DNA of 64,000 nucleotides, taken from contig JAJDCJ010000005.1 in assembly GCA_029260935.1 (NCBI GenBank), forward strand, positions 16,073 through 80,072, written 5' to 3'. Positions 1-9,741 of the stretch are shown in pieces (position 1 is the stretch's first letter; each line of letters begins with the position of its first letter). The notes under the pieces are model-generated. The model had not been told where the DNA came from. It saw only the letters and a list, made by a program, of their open reading frames with translations, and did not search any database. The position numbers and the translations under genes are program-made. Origin of the DNA: Patescibacteria group bacterium. GTDB lineage: Bacteria; Patescibacteriota; Minisyncoccia; Phycocordibacterales; Phycocordibacteraceae.

Positions 1-172
1 GCTTTCGGGGAGTAGTGGTGGTCACTTTCGTACATACACCACGCTTAAACGGAGAAGAGTAGAATGTTGGCTTGTTTTTAATAGTATTAAAACCACGTTG
101 AAGAGCAACGGTTTTTGATTTCCGTGCAGTCCTCTTGCGAGGTTTTCTTCTCAGTTGATTGATAGTAGACAT
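1..172 (-). CDS. rpsL: 30S ribosomal protein S12, 5' part (runs off window)
   Basis: Manual translation [57 protein letters not shown]; not in ORF track. Confidence 0.97.
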   Translation of the reverse strand, partial: MSTINQLRRKPRKRTARKSKTVALQRGFNTIKNKPTFYSSPFKRGVCTKVTTTTPRK

Positions 173-256
173 TGTTACAAAAAAGCGCTCCACAGAGCTC
201 CATTACTTTACTACTGTACGGGGGAAAATGCAACCTCCTGAAGGACATTTCTATGG

Positions 257-889
257 CTATAGCCCGGTTAAGAGACTGAAAAGAGAGAGCACTAAAAAGA
301 AAATAAAGTCGTTGAAAACGTAAATAAGGAGGAGGAGTGCGCCGATCAAACCAATGGGGCCGAGAGAATACGTGAAGCTTTCTAGCCGTGCATAGGAAAT
401 AGCGGCCGAGTGCGGAAGGAGTGCCCGTAGAATTTTAGAGCCGTCAAGCGGAGGAATGGGAATAAGGTTAATAATTGCAAGTACTAAATTTGCAAAGACC
501 ACCAAAAGAGCAATTTGAATGACTAGTTCATTGGTAACACCTGAAAAACGTAGAGCAAGCGCTACAATAATGGCAATAATGATATTTGTGGCAGGGCCGG
601 CAATAGCAACAAGAGCCTCTCCCCATTTTCCATACCGAAGATTATAGGGATTATAGGGAACTGGTTTTGCCCACCCCACTAAAAAAGGAGTGCCTGATAA
701 GGCGAGTATGCCTGGAATAAGCACTGACCCTACCGGGTCAATATGCGGTAATGGGTTGAGGGTCAGACGTCCCTGCAGGCGCGCCGTTGGGTCGCCGAGC
801 CAGTTTGCAATATAGCCGTGCGCCACTTCGTGAAAAATAATTGACAGTATGACAAGCGCGATACCAATAATAAAAACATCTGGTCCCAT
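257..889 (-). CDS. Site-2 protease family (M50) membrane metalloprotease
   Basis: HEVAH, NLIPIPPLDG motifs; start re-placed at MGPDVF because the upstream extension overlaps the methyltransferase. Confidence 0.92.
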   Translation of the reverse strand: MGPDVFIIGIALVILSIIFHEVAHGYIANWLGDPTARLQGRLTLNPLPHIDPVGSVLIPGILALSGTPFLVGWAKPVPYNPYNLRYGKWGEALVAIAGPATNIIIAIIVALALRFSGVTNELVIQIALLVVFANLVLAIINLIPIPPLDGSKILRALLPHSAAISYARLESFTYSLGPIGLIGALLLLIYVFNDFIFFLVLSLFSLLTGL

Positions 890-932
890 ATGGTAGTAGT
901 ATACCTGATAGAATAAAACAAAAGATAGAAAC

Positions 933-1628
933 ATGGCAAAAAAGAAGCACAATTTTTGGAACAGGGAATATGGCAATGCTACGCATTTGGCACTGTCTGC
1001 AACACATTCGGAAGATTTGGAAAAATTTACTCGTTTTCTTATAAGAAAAAGCGGAAAACAGTTTTTAAATGTCACCGCACGCTTGGTTGATATTGGCTGT
1101 GGTAATGGAAGGAACGCTATCTTTCTTTCAAAAACTTTTGGCATGCATGGCACCGGGTATGATTTCTCAGAGGTCGCAATAAAGGAAGCAGTGCATGCCT
1201 CGGGTGATCTTCCGCTCACTTTTGAGAAAAGACTGTTGAGCGACCCCATTCCGCTACCCAATGAGTCTGTGACGCTAGCACTTGATATGATGGCGTCGCA
1301 TGTGTTGAAAGAAAAAGAACGCGAAGCCCTGCGTAGTGAAATACTGCGCGTCCTCAAACCTGGGGGATGGTTATTTTTTAAGACATTCCTCAGAGACGGC
1401 GACCGTCACGCCGAGCGATTACTGGAAGAAAACCCGGGACCCGAGGAGGGAATGTATTTTCACCCTGAAATAAAAATACCAGAGTATGTATGGTGGGAAC
1501 AGGATATATACTCATTTTTTGAGCCGTATTTTACGGTCCATAAGTTAGAGCGTTCTCATAAGCACATAAACAAAAGAGGGCAGGCATGGAAGCGTCGCAC
1601 TGCAAGTGTGTATTTAGAAAAGAGATAA
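933..1628 (+). CDS. Class I SAM-dependent methyltransferase
   Basis: VDIGCGNGRN motif I; RVLKPGG. Confidence 0.9.
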   Translation: MAKKKHNFWNREYGNATHLALSATHSEDLEKFTRFLIRKSGKQFLNVTARLVDIGCGNGRNAIFLSKTFGMHGTGYDFSEVAIKEAVHASGDLPLTFEKRLLSDPIPLPNESVTLALDMMASHVLKEKEREALRSEILRVLKPGGWLFFKTFLRDGDRHAERLLEENPGPEEGMYFHPEIKIPEYVWWEQDIYSFFEPYFTVHKLERSHKHINKRGQAWKRRTASVYLEKR

Positions 1629-1705
1629 TTTGAAAAAACGAGCGACACTATAAGAAGGTGTAGTGTCTTCACATTTTAGAGACGTCGTGGTACAGTGCCA
1701 TCCAT

Positions 1706-1951
1706 ATGAGTAAGCAATGTGCAGTAACTGGAAAAACATCCCTCGTCGGCGGACGGTATTCTAACCGAACCCGTGCAACCCAGTACAACCCGGGCACTAA
1801 AGTGCGTCGCAAGGCAAACCTTCAGAAAAGAGCTATTTTTATTCCTGAGCTCAATAAAACTATCTCACTCACCCTTTCGGCACGCGCTATCAAAACGATT
1901 GCAAAGCGGGGAGCGTATCAAACACTAAAAAAAGTAGGGCTCATAAAATAA
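1706..1951 (+). CDS. rpmB: 50S ribosomal protein L28
   Basis: MSKQCAVTGK...RRKANLQ...LTLSARAIKT pattern, basic 81 aa. Confidence 0.92.
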   Translation: MSKQCAVTGKTSLVGGRYSNRTRATQYNPGTKVRRKANLQKRAIFIPELNKTISLTLSARAIKTIAKRGAYQTLKKVGLIK

Positions 1952-2122
1952 ATGAGTGAGAGTATAAAAAACCAGACACACTCAAATGAGGATGTCTGTA
2001 AAGCACAAGAAATACACTGCCCAAACCCTCACTGTAGGAAGTGTGTTAATCAGGTTTCAACGAGCTGTAGATTTTGCCATACTCAATTGACGCACATCAC
2101 GTCACCCAACCCCAGAAGGTAA
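1952..2122 (+). CDS. Small zinc-ribbon-like protein (56 aa)
   Basis: ATG directly follows rpmB stop; MSESIKNQTHSNEDVCKAQEIHCPNPHCRKCVNQVSTSCRFCHTQLTHITSPNPRR with CPNPHC and CRFC pairs. Confidence 0.55.
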   Translation: MSESIKNQTHSNEDVCKAQEIHCPNPHCRKCVNQVSTSCRFCHTQLTHITSPNPRR

Positions 2123-2132
2123 AGAAATAATT

Positions 2133-2972
2133 TCAACGCTCCAACTGTCGGAGCGTTTTTCCGTTTGAGATAAAGGTGATGGTTCCGGAGTCTGCCGTAT
2201 TCAAAATGACTGCGCCGTGATTTTCTATTCTATTAAGCACTTCTTGATGTGGGTGACCGTAGCGGTTGTTTTCCCCCGATGAGATAACTACAAAACCCGG
2301 ATTGACTGCCTCTAGAAAAACTTCAGCACTTGAGGTCTTTGATCCATGGTGCCCCGCCTTTAGTACGTCACTCTCTAAACTACTATGATTAATCATAGTA
2401 GTAGTAAGATATTTTTCTATGGCCTGTGGCGAGTCGCCAGTTAAAAGAAATTCTGTTTCTCCATACACTACTCTGATAATTACTGAAGCAGTGTTTGACT
2501 CAATGTCCGAAACATCACGGTCAGGAAATAGCACGTCAGCATATGCACCGCCACCAAGCAGAAAACGCATACCTGAGCGCGCAACAATTTGTTGTGGTGA
2601 ACCCTCCTCAATAATATCTTCTAGACGATTAAAAGCTGGAGAGTCAGAACTGTTTCCTGAGTGAATAAAATATTCAACTGAATAGCGCTCAAGTACATAC
2701 ACCAAGCCACCGATGTGATCTTGGTCGGGATGCGTTGAAATGACTGCATCAAGCGAGCGGTCAAAAAAGGAGAGACGTCCACTCAAACGACGAAGTACGG
2801 CCCGCGTTGCACCACCATCCACTAACACCTGAATACCAGTCGGACCTTCAATTAAAATTGAGTCCCCTTGCCCAACATCCAAAAAAGACACCGTAAGGTT
2901 AGACGGCGTGGGGACGGTATATACAAACACAACGACCACCACCAATACCCCTAAGAAGATACACTGCTTCAT
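2133..2972 (-). CDS. ComEC-type metallo-beta-lactamase domain protein (stand-alone)
   Basis: FLDVGQGDS, THPDQDHIGG, LLTGD, KAGHHGS, NRYGHP motifs; N-terminal TM. Confidence 0.92.
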   Translation of the reverse strand: MKQCIFLGVLVVVVVFVYTVPTPSNLTVSFLDVGQGDSILIEGPTGIQVLVDGGATRAVLRRLSGRLSFFDRSLDAVISTHPDQDHIGGLVYVLERYSVEYFIHSGNSSDSPAFNRLEDIIEEGSPQQIVARSGMRFLLGGGAYADVLFPDRDVSDIESNTASVIIRVVYGETEFLLTGDSPQAIEKYLTTTMINHSSLESDVLKAGHHGSKTSSAEVFLEAVNPGFVVISSGENNRYGHPHQEVLNRIENHGAVILNTADSGTITFISNGKTLRQLER

Positions 2973-3072
2973 ACACTACATCATAGTGTGAAATTTTTAT
3001 TGAAAATACCTTACCTCTCACGTTACGCAAAACACAAACAGTGTGCAAGGTACCATGCTACACTCAAAATAT

Positions 3073-3651
3073 ATGTATACACCCCAATCATTTAAATTTA
3101 AAACACTGGACGGGATTTCAGAGAAACAACTTGACGTCCATATCAAGCTCTACGAAGGGTATGTGAAGCACGTGAATCGCCTCTTTGAGGTGCAAACTGA
3201 GTTGAAGAAAGACCCGGAAAAAAACGCGTATGCGCTTTCCGAAGTAACGCGTAGACTCGGCTTTGAGTGGAACGGTATGCGTATGCACGAACACTACTTT
3301 GAACAATGGGAAGGCGGACACATTCCTCTTTCAAAAGAACTTGAGGGCGCGCTTGCCGCACAGTGGGGTGGTGACATGACGCATATGGTCAATGAATTTA
3401 AAGCGGTCGCTCTGATGCGTGGCATCGGCTGGACACTACTTTCCCAGGATAATAAAACAAAACAGTTCATCATCCACTGGGTTTCCGACCACGAACTTGG
3501 ACAACTCAACGACACCACTACCCTCATTGCCCTTGATATGTGGGAGCATGCTTTCATGGTTGACTACGCACCTTCTGAAAAAAATAGCTATATAGAAGCG
3601 TGGTTTAAGAACCTGAACGGAGAAGTAATCTCTTCTCGTTTCCTCGGATAA
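3073..3651 (+). CDS. sod: Fe/Mn superoxide dismutase family protein
   Basis: HxKLYEGYV, HEHYF, DMWEHA metal-ligand motifs; start placed at MYTPQ. Confidence 0.9.
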   Translation: MYTPQSFKFKTLDGISEKQLDVHIKLYEGYVKHVNRLFEVQTELKKDPEKNAYALSEVTRRLGFEWNGMRMHEHYFEQWEGGHIPLSKELEGALAAQWGGDMTHMVNEFKAVALMRGIGWTLLSQDNKTKQFIIHWVSDHELGQLNDTTTLIALDMWEHAFMVDYAPSEKNSYIEAWFKNLNGEVISSRFLG

Positions 3652-5125
3652 GAACATATCCAAGCGTTGCATAGGACAGAGCGACAACGACAAGTGCACC
3701 CCACATAAAAGATTGTGGAATAGTGAGGGAAGCAAACGGCAGACCTCCAAACCAGACTGAGACTTTGAGTATATAGATGAGCAGGGCTTCAGTAATAACC
3801 GTTACCGGAAAAGCAATGACGGGGCTTATAAACGAAAGCATACTCGCTATAAATCCAAACGCCATTGCCCATGGAACAGCACCAATAACTGCAACGTTTG
3901 CAATAGGAGAAACTATTGAGACACTTCCAATTGAAACAATCAAAAGCGGTAGCACTGAAGCTTGCGCCACTATGGTAGCACCGGCAATATCACGAATACC
4001 AAAAAACGTGGGAAGAAAAGTGAGTTTTTTTGCCACGGGGTCAGCGGCAAGGATAATGCCGGCCGTTGCCAGAAACGATAACTGAAATGACAGGTTGAAA
4101 AGTAGTATGTAAGGATTTATCAAAACCATAATGGCACCAGCCAGTAATAGCGCGCGAAGCGCGCTATGGGGTCTTTTCAAAACAGACGCCACAATAATCA
4201 GCGTCGCCATTATTGAAGCGCGCACTGTCGTTTCACTTGCCCCTGTCATAAGTGCAAAAGCAATAATGCCGATACCTGCCGTTGAAAAACTCATCACGCG
4301 TGGGAGGAAAAAACTAGTTGTTTTTAAAAAGGCGTGTGCAACCAAAGAAACGTTGTACCCGGACAACACGATCATATGCACAACACCCGCTTTTTGAAAC
4401 GACGTATACAGTTCTTCCCCTAACGATTGACGCTCACCGAGTAACAAACCAGAAAGGAGTGGTGCCTCCGGGTCAGGAAGTATGGTTTCAATACGCCTCA
4501 CCAAAGTGTTTTTTACTTTTTGCAAAAACGAAACTACAGGATTACCACCTGTATGTTTTTCAACTGAAACCTGTGCGAAGGAAACGGTGTGTGTAATATG
4601 TCGTGCATATAAATAACGCTCATAATCAAAGGTGCGCCCTGAGTCAGTTATAAAAGACTCTGGTTTTTTCAACACACCCCTGACACGCACATAATCTCCA
4701 TAAACAATTTCAGTAAATGGATTTGCGGAAACCAGAACCACACCATCTACTTCATTATCGTTTACTGAAGTAACCTTCATACGAAAACGAACGGAAGATT
4801 CCGTATACTCAGGCGACGCAATAACACTACCGAGCACTACACTTTGCCCCTGTTCAAACGCTCCAAGTTCATTTGTGAATGACACATCAAATATAAAAAC
4901 GCGCGCAGTACCTAAGAGAGACGAGAAAAAGAATACACTTAGAATAATATACAATGCCTTTCTGCTGTGTATCGTCAAAAAAGAAAGCGCGAGTGTAGCG
5001 AGCGCGAGTGTAATAAAAAAAAGCAGTGCTATAAATGCACTACTTACTGTTCCTACTAAAACACCGAATACTATACCGCTAACAACTAACGGCAACACGA
5101 GGTTACGCCGGGTTATCCATTGCAT
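3605..5125 (-). CDS. comEC: ComEC/Rec2 competence channel (OB + Competence domains, no MBL)
   Basis: GLLLGE, GVVHMIVLSGYNV, RASIM, SFQLSFLAT motifs; multi-TM. Confidence 0.93.
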   Translation of the reverse strand: MQWITRRNLVLPLVVSGIVFGVLVGTVSSAFIALLFFITLALATLALSFLTIHSRKALYIILSVFFFSSLLGTARVFIFDVSFTNELGAFEQGQSVVLGSVIASPEYTESSVRFRMKVTSVNDNEVDGVVLVSANPFTEIVYGDYVRVRGVLKKPESFITDSGRTFDYERYLYARHITHTVSFAQVSVEKHTGGNPVVSFLQKVKNTLVRRIETILPDPEAPLLSGLLLGERQSLGEELYTSFQKAGVVHMIVLSGYNVSLVAHAFLKTTSFFLPRVMSFSTAGIGIIAFALMTGASETTVRASIMATLIIVASVLKRPHSALRALLLAGAIMVLINPYILLFNLSFQLSFLATAGIILAADPVAKKLTFLPTFFGIRDIAGATIVAQASVLPLLIVSIGSVSIVSPIANVAVIGAVPWAMAFGFIASMLSFISPVIAFPVTVITEALLIYILKVSVWFGGLPFASLTIPQSFMWGALVVVALSYATLGYVLIRGNEKRLLLRSGS

Positions 5126-5519
5126 GGTTGGCTAACTCATCAGCGCGCGCATTGAGTTCGCGCACAACATGTTTGAAAGAAACTAGAGAGAAGTTATCCG
5201 TAATAATTTTTGAAGCGCGCGCATACTGTTTTTTTAATTCAGGGTTTTTAACCTTATATTCCCCCTTCATTTGTTTTACGATAAGCTCCGAATCCATATA
5301 TACGTCAGCTGATAGCTTTTTGCCTTTATAAAAATCTGTGGCGGCCTTAAGTCCAAGAATAAGTGCCTCATATTCAGCCCAATTGTTTGTTTGTTTCCCT
5401 AAAAACTGTGACACTGTTGCTACTTCACTCGCCCCTTCGTAGACCACCGCACCGGCGCCAGCAGGCCCCGGATTTCCTCGCGCTCCACCGTCAGTGAAAA
5501 TAGTAACTATGTCTTTCAT
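5103..5519 (-). CDS. rnhA: Ribonuclease HI
   Basis: FTDGGARGNPGPAG, TNNWAEY, DSELIV, NARADELAN. Confidence 0.95.
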   Translation of the reverse strand: MKDIVTIFTDGGARGNPGPAGAGAVVYEGASEVATVSQFLGKQTNNWAEYEALILGLKAATDFYKGKKLSADVYMDSELIVKQMKGEYKVKNPELKKQYARASKIITDNFSLVSFKHVVRELNARADELANHAMDNPA

Positions 5520-5533
5520 GTGGGCATTGTACC

Positions 5534-7246
5534 TTATTGGTTAACGGTCATTGTAGGATCTTCTTTTAATTCTAACGCTTCCAAACGAAGACGACGTTCT
5601 TTTTTATGACCAAAAGAAGACTCTTCAAAAGAACCAGTAACTGAGACACAGTCGCCTAGAGATAGTAGCGCAATAGTGTCTCTGAAAGTATTTCTCTGTA
5701 GGAAAAAACTGATCGCATCAATAGTGTGCCCGTGGTCATCCGAAAGTGTGAGGCGTACGTGTTCTTTATGTGCACCAAAATAAATAATCTTTTCTATACG
5801 CACGTTTTGTAAATGCATAAGCGGCTTTGGGTTTGAAACACCATAGGGTGCCAGAGAACGTAGCGAAGTATAAAAAGAACTGTTCAACTCAGAAATAATG
5901 ATTGAAATATCTGCACCAAGCTTCGTTGTTTCATTTTTTGTATTTTCCTGTGCAACGCGCGCATAGACACCTGAAAGTGTCTCCTGTAAGGTATGCACCG
6001 CTTCAGTTTTTGCAGAAAAGCCACCGGCTTTTTCATGTCCTCCGTATTCTTCAAATGAATCGGAGGCGCCTTTCATTAAGGAAACAACATTTACACTTCC
6101 ATCTGAACGACATGAACCTTTAATAAGGTCACCGTCTTTCCCCCACAAACACACGGTACGCTTATACGTCTCAACAACACTGGAGGCGGCGATACCTAAC
6201 AGTGCCGGGTTCCAGTCCGGGTTTCCAAGCACCACTACACTGTCAAGCGAAACACCTTCAAGTCGTCTTTTTACTTCTTTTGCAACACGGGCGCCGTCTA
6301 GTTTTCGTGCATTATTTAACTTTATTAATTCTTTCGCTAATTCATCAGCGCGAAATCTGTCTTTTGTGGTGAGAAGTTCAAATGCAAGCATTGGACTTTT
6401 CATACGGCTGGAGGCATTCACCTTGGGGGCAATTGAAAAACTAATATCATCTTCAATAACTGATGAAAGTGGCACTCGCATTTTCTCAAGCAAGGTACGA
6501 AGACCTATGCGTCTGCCACGATGCAATACCATAAGTCCGTAATGAACTAATGTCCTATTTTCACCAATTAACGGAACAACATCAGCAACTGTTGCAACGG
6601 CAACTAAATCAAGCAACCACTTCTCAGTCCCTGTAGGTACCGTGACGCCACCTTTTTGTAAAAATGCCTCAACTAATTTGAATGCGACACCCGTTCCACA
6701 CAGCTCGGAAAATGGATATGCACAGTGTTCTTGATGCGGATTTAATATAGAAACTGCATCAGGTAATTCCTCAACCTCCTCACCTCCTTCATCTGAAACG
6801 CGCCTTGGTAAGTGATGATCAGTGATGATGGTGTCAATACCTAACTTCTTTGCGTAGGTCACTTCATCAAAAGCAACAATACCATTATCAACGGTGATAA
6901 TGAGTGCAACATGTTGTTCTTTGAGCGAGTCTATTCCTTTTTTATTAAGCCCATACCCCTCACTTCTCTCAGGAATATAAAACACTGCCGGATACTTAAT
7001 GAGCGTGAAAAAATCTGACATGAGCGCCGCTCCAGGAACACCGTCACAGTCATAGTCGCCCCACACCGCAATCACTTCGTTACTTTCAATCGCTTTTTTT
7101 ATACGTGCAACCGCACTGTCCATACCTCGCATAAGGAATGGGTCTGGTCTCTCTTCATACTGAGGGTTAAGGAATGTCGCCTGTTCACTACCTACAATAC
7201 CCCTCTCTTCAAGAAGGCGGGCAAGTTGTGGGGGAAGAGCTGACAT
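5534..7246 (-). CDS. recJ: ssDNA exonuclease RecJ
   Basis: GDYDCDG, TVDNG, TDHH, GGH motifs; start placed at MSALPP. Confidence 0.95.
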   Translation of the reverse strand: MSALPPQLARLLEERGIVGSEQATFLNPQYEERPDPFLMRGMDSAVARIKKAIESNEVIAVWGDYDCDGVPGAALMSDFFTLIKYPAVFYIPERSEGYGLNKKGIDSLKEQHVALIITVDNGIVAFDEVTYAKKLGIDTIITDHHLPRRVSDEGGEEVEELPDAVSILNPHQEHCAYPFSELCGTGVAFKLVEAFLQKGGVTVPTGTEKWLLDLVAVATVADVVPLIGENRTLVHYGLMVLHRGRRIGLRTLLEKMRVPLSSVIEDDISFSIAPKVNASSRMKSPMLAFELLTTKDRFRADELAKELIKLNNARKLDGARVAKEVKRRLEGVSLDSVVVLGNPDWNPALLGIAASSVVETYKRTVCLWGKDGDLIKGSCRSDGSVNVVSLMKGASDSFEEYGGHEKAGGFSAKTEAVHTLQETLSGVYARVAQENTKNETTKLGADISIIISELNSSFYTSLRSLAPYGVSNPKPLMHLQNVRIEKIIYFGAHKEHVRLTLSDDHGHTIDAISFFLQRNTFRDTIALLSLGDCVSVTGSFEESSFGHKKERRLRLEALELKEDPTMTVNQ

Positions 7247-7272
7247 ACCAAGTATGCTAGCATACTTGGTAT
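7245..7272. promoter_or_regulatory. Perfect 28-bp palindrome filling the divergent recJ/HIT intergenic gap
   Basis: ATACCAAGTATGCTAGCATACTTGGTAT equals its reverse complement; TATGCT on both strands. Confidence 0.6.
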
Positions 7273-7680
7273 ATGGATAATTGTATTTTTTGTAAGATTG
7301 TCTCACATGAAATCCCAAGCTGTCGTGTCTTTGAGGATGATACCGTGATTGTGTTTCTGGACATTCATCCTGTTAACCCAGGGCACGTGCTTGTTATTCC
7401 TAAAAAACACTCTGAGAGTTTTTACGAGCTTGATAAAGAAACCTATATACACGCTATGGAAATTGCTCACACAATGGCGAACGCCATTATGAAAATAGTG
7501 AAGCCGGTGCGCGTCGGTTTGGTTATTGATGGATGGGAAATCTCCCACACTCATATTCATGTTATTCCTACTAATAACATAGGTGACATTACCTCCTTGA
7601 AAAAAATTAAAGGAGAGCTTGGCGCGCCAACGGCAGAAGAGCTCGCAGAAATGGCAGAGAACATCAAGAGCTTTCTTTAA
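7273..7680 (+). CDS. HIT family nucleotide hydrolase
   Basis: CIFCKI, GHVLVIPK, HTHIH triad. Confidence 0.95.
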   Translation: MDNCIFCKIVSHEIPSCRVFEDDTVIVFLDIHPVNPGHVLVIPKKHSESFYELDKETYIHAMEIAHTMANAIMKIVKPVRVGLVIDGWEISHTHIHVIPTNNIGDITSLKKIKGELGAPTAEELAEMAENIKSFL

Positions 7681-8797
7681 GCGCCTCAATGCCCGGTAAT
7701 GTTCCATCTGCAATAAACTGAAGCATCGCACCGCCTGCAGTTGAAACATGAGTGAAGTGAGTGCGGATCTGTAAATTTTCAATAGCAGCAATGGTGTCAC
7801 CGCCACCAATCACTGAAGTTGCTTTTGCGGCGGCGACATACTTCGCCACTTCCTCGGTTCCTTCGGAAAATCCTTTTTCAAAATTACCTAACGGTCCGTT
7901 CCATAAAATAAAACGAGATTTTTCTATATGTGCCTTGAGTGCCTGTATTGTTTTAGGGCCCACATCAAGCACCATGTCGCGAGGCTCAATTTCATCAACC
8001 TCGCGAACAACTTTCCCTTCAGGGGAATCAATGACAACATCGCTCGGCAGAAGTAGTTTACTATTGATTAAAAATTCTTTTGCATTGGTATTGAAAGACA
8101 CAAGTGAACGGCCCACTTCATGCCCTTGAGCTGCAAAAAAATCATTCGCAAGAGCCCCGCCTATAAACACCTGGTCATATCTATCAAGAAGTGTCTGAAT
8201 AAGTGGCTCCTTTGTGAGGAACTTAGCGCCACCAATAATAGCAAAAGAGGGGCTGGGCGGATGCTGTGCCGGCGCAATACCCTCCATCTCTTGAATAAAG
8301 TGAGGGCCTGCAAAATGTTTAAGAAATGTTGGCACACCAATAATTGACGCGTGGCTTCTGTGTGAGTCAGCAAATGCATCGTTAATATAAACATCTCCAA
8401 AAGATGACAGTTTCTGTGCAAAAGAGTAGTCGTTGTTGGTTTCTCCTGGTTCTCTTCGCGTATTTTCAAGCAGAAGCACCTCGCCGTTTTTTAAATTAGC
8501 GACTTTCGTTTGGGCATCCTTCCCTATTACGTCGCTGGCAAAAAGAACAGACGGCCCTATTTCTTTTTTTAAAATTTCCCAAACTGGTAACAGCGAATCT
8601 GTGGCTTTCCGTCCGATGTGTCCACACACCACCGTTTTTGCACCACCGTGCGCGAGTTTTCTTATGGTTTTTATTGATTCATAGATTCTATAGGTGTTGG
8701 TAACAACGCCACGTTCAATAGGAGCATTGAGGGCTGAGCGCATCAAAACACGCACCCCTGTGAAGTCTTGAGAAAAATCAAATGCAACTACTTTCAT
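7664..8797 (-). CDS. pgk: Phosphoglycerate kinase
   Basis: LLENTR, INDAF, WNGPLG, GGGDT, STAGGA. Confidence 0.95.
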   Translation of the reverse strand: MKVVAFDFSQDFTGVRVLMRSALNAPIERGVVTNTYRIYESIKTIRKLAHGGAKTVVCGHIGRKATDSLLPVWEILKKEIGPSVLFASDVIGKDAQTKVANLKNGEVLLLENTRREPGETNNDYSFAQKLSSFGDVYINDAFADSHRSHASIIGVPTFLKHFAGPHFIQEMEGIAPAQHPPSPSFAIIGGAKFLTKEPLIQTLLDRYDQVFIGGALANDFFAAQGHEVGRSLVSFNTNAKEFLINSKLLLPSDVVIDSPEGKVVREVDEIEPRDMVLDVGPKTIQALKAHIEKSRFILWNGPLGNFEKGFSEGTEEVAKYVAAAKATSVIGGGDTIAAIENLQIRTHFTHVSTAGGAMLQFIADGTLPGIEALKESS

Positions 8798-8811
8798 GAC
8801 TTATTTTATAT

Positions 8812-9567
8812 TTACTTAGTAGCCCACTGAGAAACAATAGAAGTAAATGAGTCGGCATGAATACTGGCACGTCCCAATAAAAAACCTCCTGTTTCTCCGT
8901 TTTGAATAATCTCAAGCGCTGATTCTTCGTTTACCGCACCACCGTATAAAATGCGAACCTTGAGTGCGTCTTCTCTTTTAAATTTCTGCGCGAGTGTTTT
9001 GCGAATAAAAATCATCGTGTGCCGTATCGTGCGCCCAGTTGGTGGAAGTGGTGCTCCAATTGCCCACACTGGCTCGTAGGCAAGAATAACTTTCTTAAGC
9101 GATAAGACATCAACAAGCGCGAGCGATTCTAAAATAGAGCGCGCTAAGTCTTCTAAGTATTCTCCGTTTTTGTCACGCGATGATTCGCCAAACGCAACAA
9201 CAGGAGTAAGTTTAGCATCGAGCGCAGCGCCAACTTTTTTCGCGACCGTCTCATCTGTCTCCCCTTGTGCACGTTTCTCTGCATGTCCTATCAAGGCATA
9301 CCGAGCTCCAACGTCTTTTGCAAGCAGAGCTGGAGTTTCCCCCGTATGGGCACCGCTTTCAAAGAAAATGTCCTGCGCCCCAAAAGAAATTCTTTTTCCC
9401 GAATAGTTACGTGCAAGTGGATGCAAAAGAAGCGAGGGCGGGAAAAGTACTACGTCCGCTTTTAACTGACGGGGCAGCCCCTTTTCAATATCCTTAAACA
9501 ACTTCTTCGCTTCTTTTGTAGAGGTAACGTACGACTTCCAGTTACCTGCAATCATTGGTTTTGCCAT
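8812..9567 (-). CDS. tpiA: Triosephosphate isomerase
   Basis: AGNWK, AYEPVWAIG, LYGG; start placed at MAKPM. Confidence 0.95.
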   Translation of the reverse strand: MAKPMIAGNWKSYVTSTKEAKKLFKDIEKGLPRQLKADVVLFPPSLLLHPLARNYSGKRISFGAQDIFFESGAHTGETPALLAKDVGARYALIGHAEKRAQGETDETVAKKVGAALDAKLTPVVAFGESSRDKNGEYLEDLARSILESLALVDVLSLKKVILAYEPVWAIGAPLPPTGRTIRHTMIFIRKTLAQKFKREDALKVRILYGGAVNEESALEIIQNGETGGFLLGRASIHADSFTSIVSQWATK

Positions 9568-9741
9568 ATAAATAAAAGGTTCTGGGTCAGAGGTGTTAGC
9601 TTTTAGCTTTGTAAAACAACCACGACCCGAATACCTACATCCTACCAAACAAAAACTCACATCCGTATTTCAACCCAAGCGAAGGAAAATGGCGAATTGA
9701 AGCACGGTCGCAGAACACAAAGCTCCCCCAGCTCTAGCGGA

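Noticed and set aside
890-1357. N-terminal extension of the 366-aa ORF 257..1357
   Set aside because: Antisense to the methyltransferase; protease similarity starts at MGPDVF (889).
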